Positions 9,025-17,181 of a DNA stretch of 64,000 nucleotides are shown here, piece by piece. The first letter of the stretch is position 1; each line of letters begins with the position of its first letter. The translations under genes and the position numbers were made by a program. Origin of the DNA: Methanobacteriota archaeon (GTDB lineage: Archaea > Thermoplasmatota > Poseidoniia > Poseidoniales > Thalassarchaeaceae); NCBI GenBank assembly GCA_004195615.1, contig PSPW01000001.1, positions 765-64,764 of the forward strand, given 5' to 3'. The notes under the pieces were generated by a model that had not been told where the DNA came from, searched no databases, and worked only from the letters and a program-made list of their open reading frames with translations.

Positions 9025-9330
9025 TCAGCGCACCTCCACCTGGTAGCCATTCTGCTCGAGCACCTTGGCTGCCTTCTTCTTGTGATTCCCCTGAAGTTCG
9101 ATGGTCCTGCCCTTGACCGTGCCGCCACTGGCGCATGCCCCCTTCAGAATCTTGGCCAGTTGGCCGATGTCGATTGCGGTGTCCTCTATTCCCTCGACCA
9201 TAGTGACCATCTTACCATATCTTCTCCTAACCACTGAAATCACTGCCTTCTGCTGTTCTTTGGCTATCTCCTGACAAATACATAGGTCATCTGGAAGTGC
9301 ACACATGTTACAAATTCCCGCCAAAATCAC
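9025..9330 (-). CDS. Translation initiation factor aSUI1/aIF1
   Basis: ICNMCALPDDLCICQEIAKEQQ...RRRYGKMVTMVEGI...ACASGGTVKGRTIELQGNH. The track start is GTG (GTGA overlap with the uL29 stop). ATG 9306 is an alternative start. Confidence 0.85.
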   Translation of the reverse strand: MILAGICNMCALPDDLCICQEIAKEQQKAVISVVRRRYGKMVTMVEGIEDTAIDIGQLAKILKGACASGGTVKGRTIELQGNHKKKAAKVLEQNGYQVEVR

Positions 9331-9530
9331 TCCTCCTTTTCCTGACTTGTCTTCGTGAGGAGTCTTGCAATGCTCCTTCGAGTCTGCTTGTAGGCTCCTG
9401 CATTGGACGTAGAGCCACCTAGTGCCTGCTGAGCCCTTAGTTGGAGCATCTCGTCTCTGAGTTCTCCCAGAGTGATCTCGCGCTGCTCCTGGTTCATCTC
9501 ATCGATTTCCTTAGAGCTGACGTGTGACAT
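9327..9530 (-). CDS. rpl29: 50S ribosomal protein uL29
   Basis: 67 aa, LGELRDEMLQLRAQQALGG...RRSIARLLT. Confidence 0.88.
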   Translation of the reverse strand: MSHVSSKEIDEMNQEQREITLGELRDEMLQLRAQQALGGSTSNAGAYKQTRRSIARLLTKTSQEKEE

Positions 9531-9531
9531 T

Positions 9532-10230
9532 TCACTCCTCCTCCTTTTTTGCTGCCCTCGCTAGGGCTTCCTCTAGATCTAGGGGTACGAATCCAGGTGC
9601 CTCCACTAGTTCGGGTAGTCCGGACTCGCTTCTTTCCTGGATTGTTATCTCATGTGGGAGCTTGGATCCTGGCCTCATTATTCTCACAGTGCAGCCTACT
9701 GTCCCGAGCTTCTTCACGGCCGTTGAGAATCCGACATCCATCAACTGTAAAGCAGTCTCGCCGCAGTACTTGATATGCCCCTTCTGGAACTTCTCGACTC
9801 GGTGCCTAGCACCGGTAATCTTGCCACTGAGTGTGACGATGCAACCCCTGGCACCGGCATCCATTATGTTCTGCACGGTGCTGTGGCCGGCTCTTCGGAA
9901 GAACCATCCCCTCTCGAGAGAGCTTGCGAGTCTGCTGGCCATAACCTGGGCATTGATTCGGGATTCCCCGATCTCCTCCACTTCTAGCTGTGGGTTGGTG
10001 AGGTTGAAGTCTTCCTGTAGTCGGCGTTGAAGTTCGTGGATGACCTTGCCCCTTCTTCCTATGACTCGTCCTACTTGCTCAGCTATCAGGGTGACCTTTG
10101 TCCCCTCTGGAGTCCTAGTGAAGGTTAGCCCGCCGAAGCCTGCCCTCTCGGTCTCCTTGAGCAGGTACTCTCGGACGAGTTGCCTCTCGACATTGCGGTT
10201 AATCATCTTCTGAATTGTGTTCTCCTTCAT
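9532..10230 (-). CDS. rps3: 30S ribosomal protein uS3
   Basis: KH-domain motif VGRVIGRRGKVIHELQ, plus operon position. Confidence 0.95.
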   Translation of the reverse strand: MKENTIQKMINRNVERQLVREYLLKETERAGFGGLTFTRTPEGTKVTLIAEQVGRVIGRRGKVIHELQRRLQEDFNLTNPQLEVEEIGESRINAQVMASRLASSLERGWFFRRAGHSTVQNIMDAGARGCIVTLSGKITGARHRVEKFQKGHIKYCGETALQLMDVGFSTAVKKLGTVGCTVRIMRPGSKLPHEITIQERSESGLPELVEAPGFVPLDLEEALARAAKKEEE

Positions 10231-10239
10231 GCGATCACC

Positions 10240-10773
10240 TCAGAACTCTTCGTCTCCCATTTCCTCATCATCGTCTCCGAAGTACTCTAGGAAAATTTCC
10301 AGATTGACCTGATAGTGGTTGCTGGGAGTTGCCCGGCCCATTGCTCGAGGCCTCATATTTGTGGCAACTTGTCCACGATGAGCAGCGACGTGTGTGATTA
10401 CCATGTCCTCGGCATCAATGTCATCGAATCGTTGCCTTGCGTTGTCCATGGCGCCGCTGATTAGTTTGATGAATTCACGGGAAGCCTTGTTTGGGAACTT
10501 TCCTGGTCCCATTTTCCCCTTCCTGTGCCCAGCCATTGTATTGCCGCCCCTTCCCTTTCGGGATCTGCGCTTGTAAGGAATTGCCCTCTTCTTGTCGACC
10601 ACGTCTTCCAAGTAATCTCTGGCGGATTCAGCGTTCATCCCTCGGATGGCCTTGGCAATGTGGTAGCAGTGCTTGTGATGGCAGTCTAAGTTCACAGCCC
10701 TAGCCGTAACTAGGTTTGAACCCTCGAGAAGCTGAGTGTATCCGCTCTGCGACTTTCCGGTTCTCCTACTCAT
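10240..10773 (-). CDS. rpl22: 50S ribosomal protein uL22
   Basis: ORF track and operon position, with an acidic C-terminal tail. Confidence 0.9.
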   Translation of the reverse strand: MSRRTGKSQSGYTQLLEGSNLVTARAVNLDCHHKHCYHIAKAIRGMNAESARDYLEDVVDKKRAIPYKRRSRKGRGGNTMAGHRKGKMGPGKFPNKASREFIKLISGAMDNARQRFDDIDAEDMVITHVAAHRGQVATNMRPRAMGRATPSNHYQVNLEIFLEYFGDDDEEMGDEEF

Positions 10774-10783
10774 TCATCTCACC

Positions 10784-11305
10784 TCACTTTAGTGCCACGT
10801 GCTGGGAAGATCTAGTTGCACCCACACCAGGTCCGGTGTGCGTTACAGACTTCCTAGTAACGGCGAATTCACCCAATGCATGACCAATCATTGGTGGTGT
10901 TATGTCCAAGTTGACGAATTTCTGACCGTTATGGACGCCTATTGTCTTGCCTACCATCTCGGGTAGAATGTACATCCCTCTGCAGTGAGTTCTCACAGCC
11001 TTCCCATTGCTGTTCCTGACGCTCTCGAGTAGTTTTTCGCACTCGATGCTTAGTCCCCTCTGTAATGACCTCTTGACTCTTGAAGGCATCAGGGTGGCGA
11101 TAGAGATTGTATCGGGGTCATATTCGTCGTTCTCAGGTTCACTACTGTTACCCCATGGGTACAGTGGGATGTCCTGTAGCTCGACAATCGTGTACCCCCT
11201 CCACAAGAATTCCTTCTTCCTCCTCTCGGAGATCTTCGATCGCCTCTTCCTTGCCTGACGCCTCGCCATCTTGGCTGTCCTGAACTGTTTCCTCTTCCTA
11301 GCCAT
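10784..11305 (-). CDS. rps19: 30S ribosomal protein uS19
   Basis: GVHNGQKFVNLDITPPMIGHALGEFAVTRK. Confidence 0.92.
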   Translation of the reverse strand: MARKRKQFRTAKMARRQARKRRSKISERRKKEFLWRGYTIVELQDIPLYPWGNSSEPENDEYDPDTISIATLMPSRVKRSLQRGLSIECEKLLESVRNSNGKAVRTHCRGMYILPEMVGKTIGVHNGQKFVNLDITPPMIGHALGEFAVTRKSVTHTGPGVGATRSSQHVALK

Positions 11306-11310
11306 ATTAT

Positions 11311-12027
11311 CTACTCCTTCTTCGACCTTCCACGACCGGTCCTTCTAGGTGCGATGTTCCCAACCTTCTGGCCGGGTGGTGAATTTCTGCTAACGGAGTT
11401 GGGGCCGTGGACGGCCTGGTGGTTTCCGCCACCATGCGGGTGGTCTACTGGATTCATTGCTACTCCACTGACTGTGGGGTACTGCTTTCCTCGTGCCCTG
11501 GCCCTGTGGTGAGCGGCCCCTGCCTTCATCAAGGGCTTCTCGGTCCTGCCGTGGCCACCGAGGACGCCGATGGTCGCCCTGCACTTGGCAGGCAGGTCCT
11601 TTGAGTGTCCGCTTGGTAGTATGACTCTGACGTATTTTCCCATCCTAGTATCAATCATAGCAGAGTTTCCACCGGATCTTGCTATCTTGCCGCCGTCTCC
11701 TGGGCGCAATTCAAGGTTGCAAATCTGAGTCCCCTCTGGAATCTGGCTTAGTGTGGTGACGTTGCCCGGCCTCAGGGAAACCTTGTCGCCGAATGCGACT
11801 GTCTGTCCCACGGAAACTCCCTCTGGTGCGCCCAAATGCGCGACTGCCCCGTCCTCGAACTTTACCTTGGCTAGCGGTGCAGTGTGAGCGGGGCTGTGAA
11901 CCAGATCGATAACCTCTGCAATCTCACCGCTGACCCTCGGGAGTCTATTTGCAGCAGGGAATCTGTGACTAGAAACTCGGTTCTTGGGGCTTGACCCCTG
12001 CCTCTGTGAACGTGTCCTCTTACCCAT
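11311..12027 (-). CDS. rpl2: 50S ribosomal protein uL2
   Basis: MNPVDHPHGGGNHQ motif. Confidence 0.95.
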   Translation of the reverse strand: MGKRTRSQRQGSSPKNRVSSHRFPAANRLPRVSGEIAEVIDLVHSPAHTAPLAKVKFEDGAVAHLGAPEGVSVGQTVAFGDKVSLRPGNVTTLSQIPEGTQICNLELRPGDGGKIARSGGNSAMIDTRMGKYVRVILPSGHSKDLPAKCRATIGVLGGHGRTEKPLMKAGAAHHRARARGKQYPTVSGVAMNPVDHPHGGGNHQAVHGPNSVSRNSPPGQKVGNIAPRRTGRGRSKKE

Positions 12028-12038
12028 GAAATCACCTT

Positions 12039-12332
12039 CTAGAACGCTCCGAGTTTGAGCGCTGCCTCCTCTGCATCGTATCCATCGGCGAGACGGATGC
12101 TGGCATGCTTGCCAGTTCTGTTGATTCTAACGTTGACCTTTGAGACCTTGACCTCGAGAAGAGTCTCTATTGCCGCCTTGATGTCTTTCTTTGTCGCCTC
12201 TCTTCGGACGATGAATTCAATCCTGTTGTTGTTCTCCGTGTGGCCGCCCGCTGGATCTGCAATCCTCCTTGCTTCGAGGGTCTTCTCTGTAATCCAAGGC
12301 ATGATTATCACGTCATATGGGTCCATCATCAA
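12039..12332 (-). CDS. rpl23: 50S ribosomal protein uL23
   Basis: ORF track and operon position. Confidence 0.9.
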   Translation of the reverse strand: MMMDPYDVIIMPWITEKTLEARRIADPAGGHTENNNRIEFIVRREATKKDIKAAIETLLEVKVSKVNVRINRTGKHASIRLADGYDAEEAALKLGAF

Positions 12333-13223
12333 TCACTCCAGAGCCCCTATTGCGGACTTCGTCCATACTGTGAGTCGTCCCATGTCTCCACCGGGTGCGA
12401 TGTCTTCGGCGCACAGGTCCTTGGCAGCGACTACATCCACGCCTGGGATGTTTCGAGCTGCCTTTTCTAGGCCATCTTTCTGAGCTACGACCAGTAGGAC
12501 GCTCTTTGGCGTCCTGTACTTACGTCCCCTCATTGTGCCCTTGCCGGCCCTGATTGACCTGCCGCTCTTGGAGCGGATCAAGTCTGCGGAGACGCCTAGG
12601 CCCTCCATCATGGCTACGAACTTGCGAGTAGAGTTCTGAGTAGGTATTGACTCGATGTCGTACTTCTCGTCCGAACCGTCCCTCGACTCGATGTAATCAT
12701 CGATGATGATCGGGAATCTGAGACCCTCCTCAAACCTGTGGCCTCGCGAAGAAACTGTGCTTGGGTCGCAGGACGCAGCGATGGCAGAGTCGCGAGCTAT
12801 CTTCCTCTCGCGAGAGTTCATCTTCTGTGACCACTCCTTGTCCACCTTTGGTCCATGGGCCCTTCTCCCGCCTCTGGTATGTGGGTTCTGAGCACCGGTT
12901 CTCTGACCTGCCTTCCTCATGATTCTGGAAACTCCACGACCCTTGCCCCACCATTCAACGGAGTGCTTCATACCTGGTTGTGGAGCACGCTTTCCGTCGT
13001 GTTCCCTGTGACCATAGGATTGCCTCCGGTTGGCCCTAGAAGCATGGACGGCAGCACGGACCAGGTCCTCTCTAATCTGTGAAGTGAATGGCGATGGTAG
13101 TTCGACAGCCTTGCCGTCCTTGGCCTCCACAGCGTATGTTTCTGCCAGAAGACCTGCATCCATCTCCTCTTGGGCGACCAAGTTGATCAGATTGTATGCC
13201 TTTGTCTTCATATTATCACACAC
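12333..13223 (-). CDS. rpl4: 50S ribosomal protein uL4
   Basis: ORF track and operon position. WGKGRGVSRIMRKAG. Confidence 0.92.
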   Translation of the reverse strand: MCDNMKTKAYNLINLVAQEEMDAGLLAETYAVEAKDGKAVELPSPFTSQIREDLVRAAVHASRANRRQSYGHREHDGKRAPQPGMKHSVEWWGKGRGVSRIMRKAGQRTGAQNPHTRGGRRAHGPKVDKEWSQKMNSRERKIARDSAIAASCDPSTVSSRGHRFEEGLRFPIIIDDYIESRDGSDEKYDIESIPTQNSTRKFVAMMEGLGVSADLIRSKSGRSIRAGKGTMRGRKYRTPKSVLLVVAQKDGLEKAARNIPGVDVVAAKDLCAEDIAPGGDMGRLTVWTKSAIGALE

Positions 13224-14295
13224 CCTGCTTGCTCGAGGTACTGACGTAGGTCACATCCACCTCTCCGAGAGTCTTCCTCGGACGAGTTGGGTCTCTGAAC
13301 CTGATGAGCCTCTTTGCTGGGCCCGGGAGGCTCCCCTCAATAATCATGTATGGATTGTGGACTTCCCCGTAGTTCAGGAAACCTCCTGCTGGGGTTATCT
13401 CTGATTCCTCGGGATTGGAGATCCTCAGGATCTTCTTGTTCAGCTCGGTTCTCTTGTGGTATCCGACCTGCCCGGCTTGCCTGATGGTCTTCCTAACGTA
13501 TCCAGTTCCAAAATCGCCCATGTTCCCGCCCTGACGCCTCCTCTTGCTGTTCTTATGGCTCAGAAGCTTTAGTCCGAACCTCTTGATGGATCCTTGCCAA
13601 CCCTTCCCTTTGGTGACGCCGACAACGTCGACCTCTTGTCCGACTTCGTAGACGTCTTCGAGACCGATTTGTCCGCCAAGACGTTCCAGTGCCCAGTCAA
13701 GTTTTGCATCTATGCCGCCCCCGTTCAATCCTATCTCCATTATCTCGGGAGTCTTCGATGGGACGCCCTTAACTCGGTCTGGTTGAGTGCAGACGATCAG
13801 GCGAACCTCGATAATGTCCTGTTCCCTCAGAGAGTTTACTGCATCCTCAGATGGTTGAGATGACCTCTTCGGGATTCTTCCGCCACGTGTTGCTGGTTTC
13901 CTGCCCTCCTCTACGTCCCTTTCTCCTCGGGTCTGGTTTGCGAAACGCGGGAATAGGTTGGTGGGCGAGTCTGCGGAGACGTCGGCCCAAACCTCGCCAG
14001 CCGTCTGCTTCCCATAGGGAGTCATCCTGTAGCCTCTTACGGCTAGAACGTTCAGTGGAGGAGCCTCGACGACGGTGACTGCCTTCCTAACTTCCTGGCC
14101 TGCAGAGGTTGATTTTGGGTTGGTGTCCCTCATCAGGATGTGAGTCATTCCAGCCTTCCAACCTGCGAATCCTTGGATACGGACCTCGGAAGACTCTGTT
14201 TCTGGCCATGAGGTGATTCTAGCGAATTGGCGGATTGCACGCTTTCTTGGACCATAGCCCATGCTACCACGGCGGGGTTTGGATCGGTCTGCCAT
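13216..14295 (-). CDS. rpl3: 50S ribosomal protein uL3
   Basis: Internal ATG at 14295, preceded by AGGAGG. MADRSKPRRGSMGYGPRKRA...KGKGWQGSIKRFG. Confidence 0.95.
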   Translation of the reverse strand: MADRSKPRRGSMGYGPRKRAIRQFARITSWPETESSEVRIQGFAGWKAGMTHILMRDTNPKSTSAGQEVRKAVTVVEAPPLNVLAVRGYRMTPYGKQTAGEVWADVSADSPTNLFPRFANQTRGERDVEEGRKPATRGGRIPKRSSQPSEDAVNSLREQDIIEVRLIVCTQPDRVKGVPSKTPEIMEIGLNGGGIDAKLDWALERLGGQIGLEDVYEVGQEVDVVGVTKGKGWQGSIKRFGLKLLSHKNSKRRRQGGNMGDFGTGYVRKTIRQAGQVGYHKRTELNKKILRISNPEESEITPAGGFLNYGEVHNPYMIIEGSLPGPAKRLIRFRDPTRPRKTLGEVDVTYVSTSSKQGV

Positions 14296-14578
14296 TGCAT
14301 TTCCTCCTGTATTCCGAAATTGGCCGCGAGCGGACAATGCCGGGCCAACCGCGCTATGGAAGCACCGTGACACCGGGCCGAATCCGCGAATGCAGATACG
14401 GTTTGTGGGATGCTAATCAGAGCCCTTTGGTGTCTGGTACCTCACGCAGTGAGCGGCCTTGCGACAAACATACCCTATTTGAACGAATCGGGGTGCCAAA
14501 TGCACACCTCTGTGGGATGATTGGGGCGAATATTGTCAATGCAACGATTTTGAACCCTGACTCCGGAGGTCTGGGTCC

Positions 14579-16324
14579 GTGTTCCCATATGTTGACCATC
14601 CAGGATTGGTTTCGGAAATGGTACAGGCCAGGGCATACCAACTCCAGGCCATAGACGATGCGATGGCTGGTTCGATGCTTCTAATCCTACCTACTGCTGC
14701 TGGAAAGACTGCAGTGGCATGGATGTCCATAGTAGAGAGATTGGAGAGAACCGGGGGTTGGGCATTGGTTATCGCCCCTACCGTTGCCCTTTCGAATCAA
14801 CATCTGGAAAATGCCCTGCCAGTCCTTTCCAATGCTTCTGAATTAAGTCCAATTGTGCTGAGTGGACAGCAAACTGCCTCTAAGAGGCCTGAACTCTGGA
14901 GTGGTTCACGATTGGTTTTTGCAACGCCACAGGTGGTGAGAAACGATGTGAGAAAAGGAGTTCTTTCATTGGAGGATTGTAGCCTACTTGTTGTCGACGA
15001 GGCTCATCACTGCACCGGAGAGCACGCAATGGCTGAGGTAGCTGAGATGTACATTTCTCAATCTGAGAATCCACTGATACTGGCCACTACGGCAAGCCCT
15101 GGTTCGAGGAGGGAACAAGTTCAGGAGATTTGCAGGAGGCTGGGGATTCAGAAGATTCATCTTCGTACCAGAGATGATCCGATGGTGGCAGAGTTCCTAT
15201 CGGAGCTAGATGTTGAGGAAGTGGGAGTTGAGGTTCCGAGTGAAATCCGGGACCTCGCAGAGCCATTCAGGATTTGGCAAGAGGGGATTGTAGACAGGGA
15301 GCGAAGGAGTGGCAGGTACGTGATGCCAGGGGCGGTGAATCAAGCGGGTCTATCGAATGCGATGGAAAGGGCTCAGGAGGCCATTAAGAGAGAAGATGTA
15401 AGCGGTTACAGGTCATCCTCTCAGATTGCCACGGCCATGAGGCTGCATCATCTGATTAACCACCTTCTCTGTCAGGGAATAGCAGCATCGAGGCATTTTC
15501 TATCAAGGATGGAGGATGAGGGAGGGAAGAGCAAATCTGCGAAGGACTTTCTCAGGGATCGGAGAGTCAGGAGGCTGACAGCCAGTCTAGAGGCCATGAA
15601 TGAGGTGCACTCCAAAGTTGGGGCAGTCAGAAGGCTAGTTCGTGAGAGGATTAGAAGAGATTCGGAATCTAGGGTAATTGTTTTCGCCAACTATCGAGAT
15701 ACAGTTGAAGCCCTCGAAGGCGCACTTTCAGAGCTCGAAGGGGTGAGGGCGCTCCAGTTCATCGGACAATCGAGTCGCTCTGGTTCTGGAGGGCTCACAG
15801 CAAAGCAGCAGATAGGTAGACTTTCCGAGTTCAGAGCAGGGTCAGCGAACGTTCTGATTGCCACATCAGTAGGGGAAGAAGGTCTAGACATCCCAAGCGC
15901 AGACCTTGTCATATTCTATGAGCCCGTCTCAAGCGAAATCAGGACCATTCAGAGGAGAGGCAGAACTGGAAGAAGGAGACAAGGAGAAGTGGTCGTCCTT
16001 GTTGCCGAGGGAACAAGGGACGAAAGAGCCAAGGATTCGGCAAAGAGGAAGGAAGAGTACATGCACAAGGCTGCGAGGAGAGTCTCGAGAGGACTTCCAG
16101 GGAGTCCTCACAAAGATTTGTCAAACTTGGCGAGGTTCTCGGTATCCTCAGAAAGCGGTATCTGCTCGGCTGCTGAATTCGTAACTGATGCCAGAGAACG
16201 CCATAGGCGCGATCTTGCAGGAACAGATACTACTCCGGCCAAGAGTGCTAAGGAAACTCACAGGGAAGACCTTTCTCCGAGTAATTTCAGACCCAGTGGG
16301 CAGACTGGCCTTGACCAGTTCTAG
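14579..16324 (+). CDS. Hef/FANCM-family SF2 helicase (helicase part only)
   Basis: GTG start with GGAGGT upstream. Motifs: LPTAAGKT, VVDEAHH, VLIATSVGEEGLDIPSADLVIFYEP, QRRGRTGR. I could not recognise an ERCC4 nuclease or HhH segment in the C-terminus. Confidence 0.8.
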   Translation: MFPYVDHPGLVSEMVQARAYQLQAIDDAMAGSMLLILPTAAGKTAVAWMSIVERLERTGGWALVIAPTVALSNQHLENALPVLSNASELSPIVLSGQQTASKRPELWSGSRLVFATPQVVRNDVRKGVLSLEDCSLLVVDEAHHCTGEHAMAEVAEMYISQSENPLILATTASPGSRREQVQEICRRLGIQKIHLRTRDDPMVAEFLSELDVEEVGVEVPSEIRDLAEPFRIWQEGIVDRERRSGRYVMPGAVNQAGLSNAMERAQEAIKREDVSGYRSSSQIATAMRLHHLINHLLCQGIAASRHFLSRMEDEGGKSKSAKDFLRDRRVRRLTASLEAMNEVHSKVGAVRRLVRERIRRDSESRVIVFANYRDTVEALEGALSELEGVRALQFIGQSSRSGSGGLTAKQQIGRLSEFRAGSANVLIATSVGEEGLDIPSADLVIFYEPVSSEIRTIQRRGRTGRRRQGEVVVLVAEGTRDERAKDSAKRKEEYMHKAARRVSRGLPGSPHKDLSNLARFSVSSESGICSAAEFVTDARERHRRDLAGTDTTPAKSAKETHREDLSPSNFRPSGQTGLDQF

Positions 16325-17181
16325 TCGCCGATTACAGCTATCCTTGTCCTGAGTTGGGCTAGTCGGTTGTTGTAGTGTCCAAATGCGAATGCGAGCATCT
16401 CTGTTAGATGGATTACCGGGATATTGGTGGATAGCCCGGTCGTCCTGCTAGCCTTGCCCTGATAGATATCGAGTGCGGTGTGGGAAAGGGTGCATGCGCT
16501 AACTATCATAGCCGCACCTTCCGACTTTGCGTCATTGATGGTTGAGGCGATTTGTCGGAGAACTGTTGCCTCCTCCGAGAATAAACCTGGGACTCCCACG
16601 CTTTGAGTTCTACTTTCCCACATTACAGGCTCGCCCCCTAAGGCTTTGATCAGGAGCTCCAGGTACTGTGGGTCGAAAACATCGTCTTCTCCACAAGCGC
16701 CCTCCTGCTGCATGTTGGGACCGTAGAATCCGGCAATTGGGAAGTCTATTGGGTTGCGGACCTTCTCGCTGACTTTGTCCAAGCCGATCTCGTCGACAAT
16801 TACGTGGAGGAGGTGATGTATGCTTAACTTGCCCGACATGGTGAGACCTGAAGTGCGCTGGAGAACTTCGTTAGTTTTGGCTAGTAATAGAGGGTCATCA
16901 TTCAGTCTGGCGAGGTCTTCGTTAAGATTTCCAGCCGTGGCGGCGCATGGAGTGATTATGTCCATGCCCATCGATTCTGCGATTGCGAAGTTTCGTGCGT
17001 TCAGAGTTACTTGCAGCAAGTCGTTGGCCTGTCTGATTATTCCCGCACCACAACTTGTTGCCCCGTTCATGGGTAAGAGTTCGATTCCCAGGGAACGAGC
17101 AGTGGGCTCCATAGTCTGGGAAACTTCAGTAGCACTGCTGTGAGCGATGTTGCCAGGGTGGTAAGCGTACTTCATGGCCAT
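16321..17181 (-). CDS. HdrB/SdhE-like double CCG-domain protein with most motif cysteines replaced
   Basis: Two CCG-like halves: YHPGN..SCGAG..TPCAATAGNL and FYGPN..SVGVPG..SACTLSHTAL. Only 4 Cys in total. The start overlaps the upstream stop (ATGA). Confidence 0.7.
   Translation of the reverse strand: MAMKYAYHPGNIAHSSATEVSQTMEPTARSLGIELLPMNGATSCGAGIIRQANDLLQVTLNARNFAIAESMGMDIITPCAATAGNLNEDLARLNDDPLLLAKTNEVLQRTSGLTMSGKLSIHHLLHVIVDEIGLDKVSEKVRNPIDFPIAGFYGPNMQQEGACGEDDVFDPQYLELLIKALGGEPVMWESRTQSVGVPGLFSEEATVLRQIASTINDAKSEGAAMIVSACTLSHTALDIYQGKASRTTGLSTNIPVIHLTEMLAFAFGHYNNRLAQLRTRIAVIGD

Noticed and set aside
14296-14578. 283-nt intergenic region between uL3 and the helicase, screened for a structured RNA, C/D boxes or small ORFs
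   Set aside because: I found only weak box-like strings (GGATGATT...CTGA) with wrong spacing and no terminal stem, and the track ORFs there are shadow-like. It most likely holds just the two divergent promoters and leaders.
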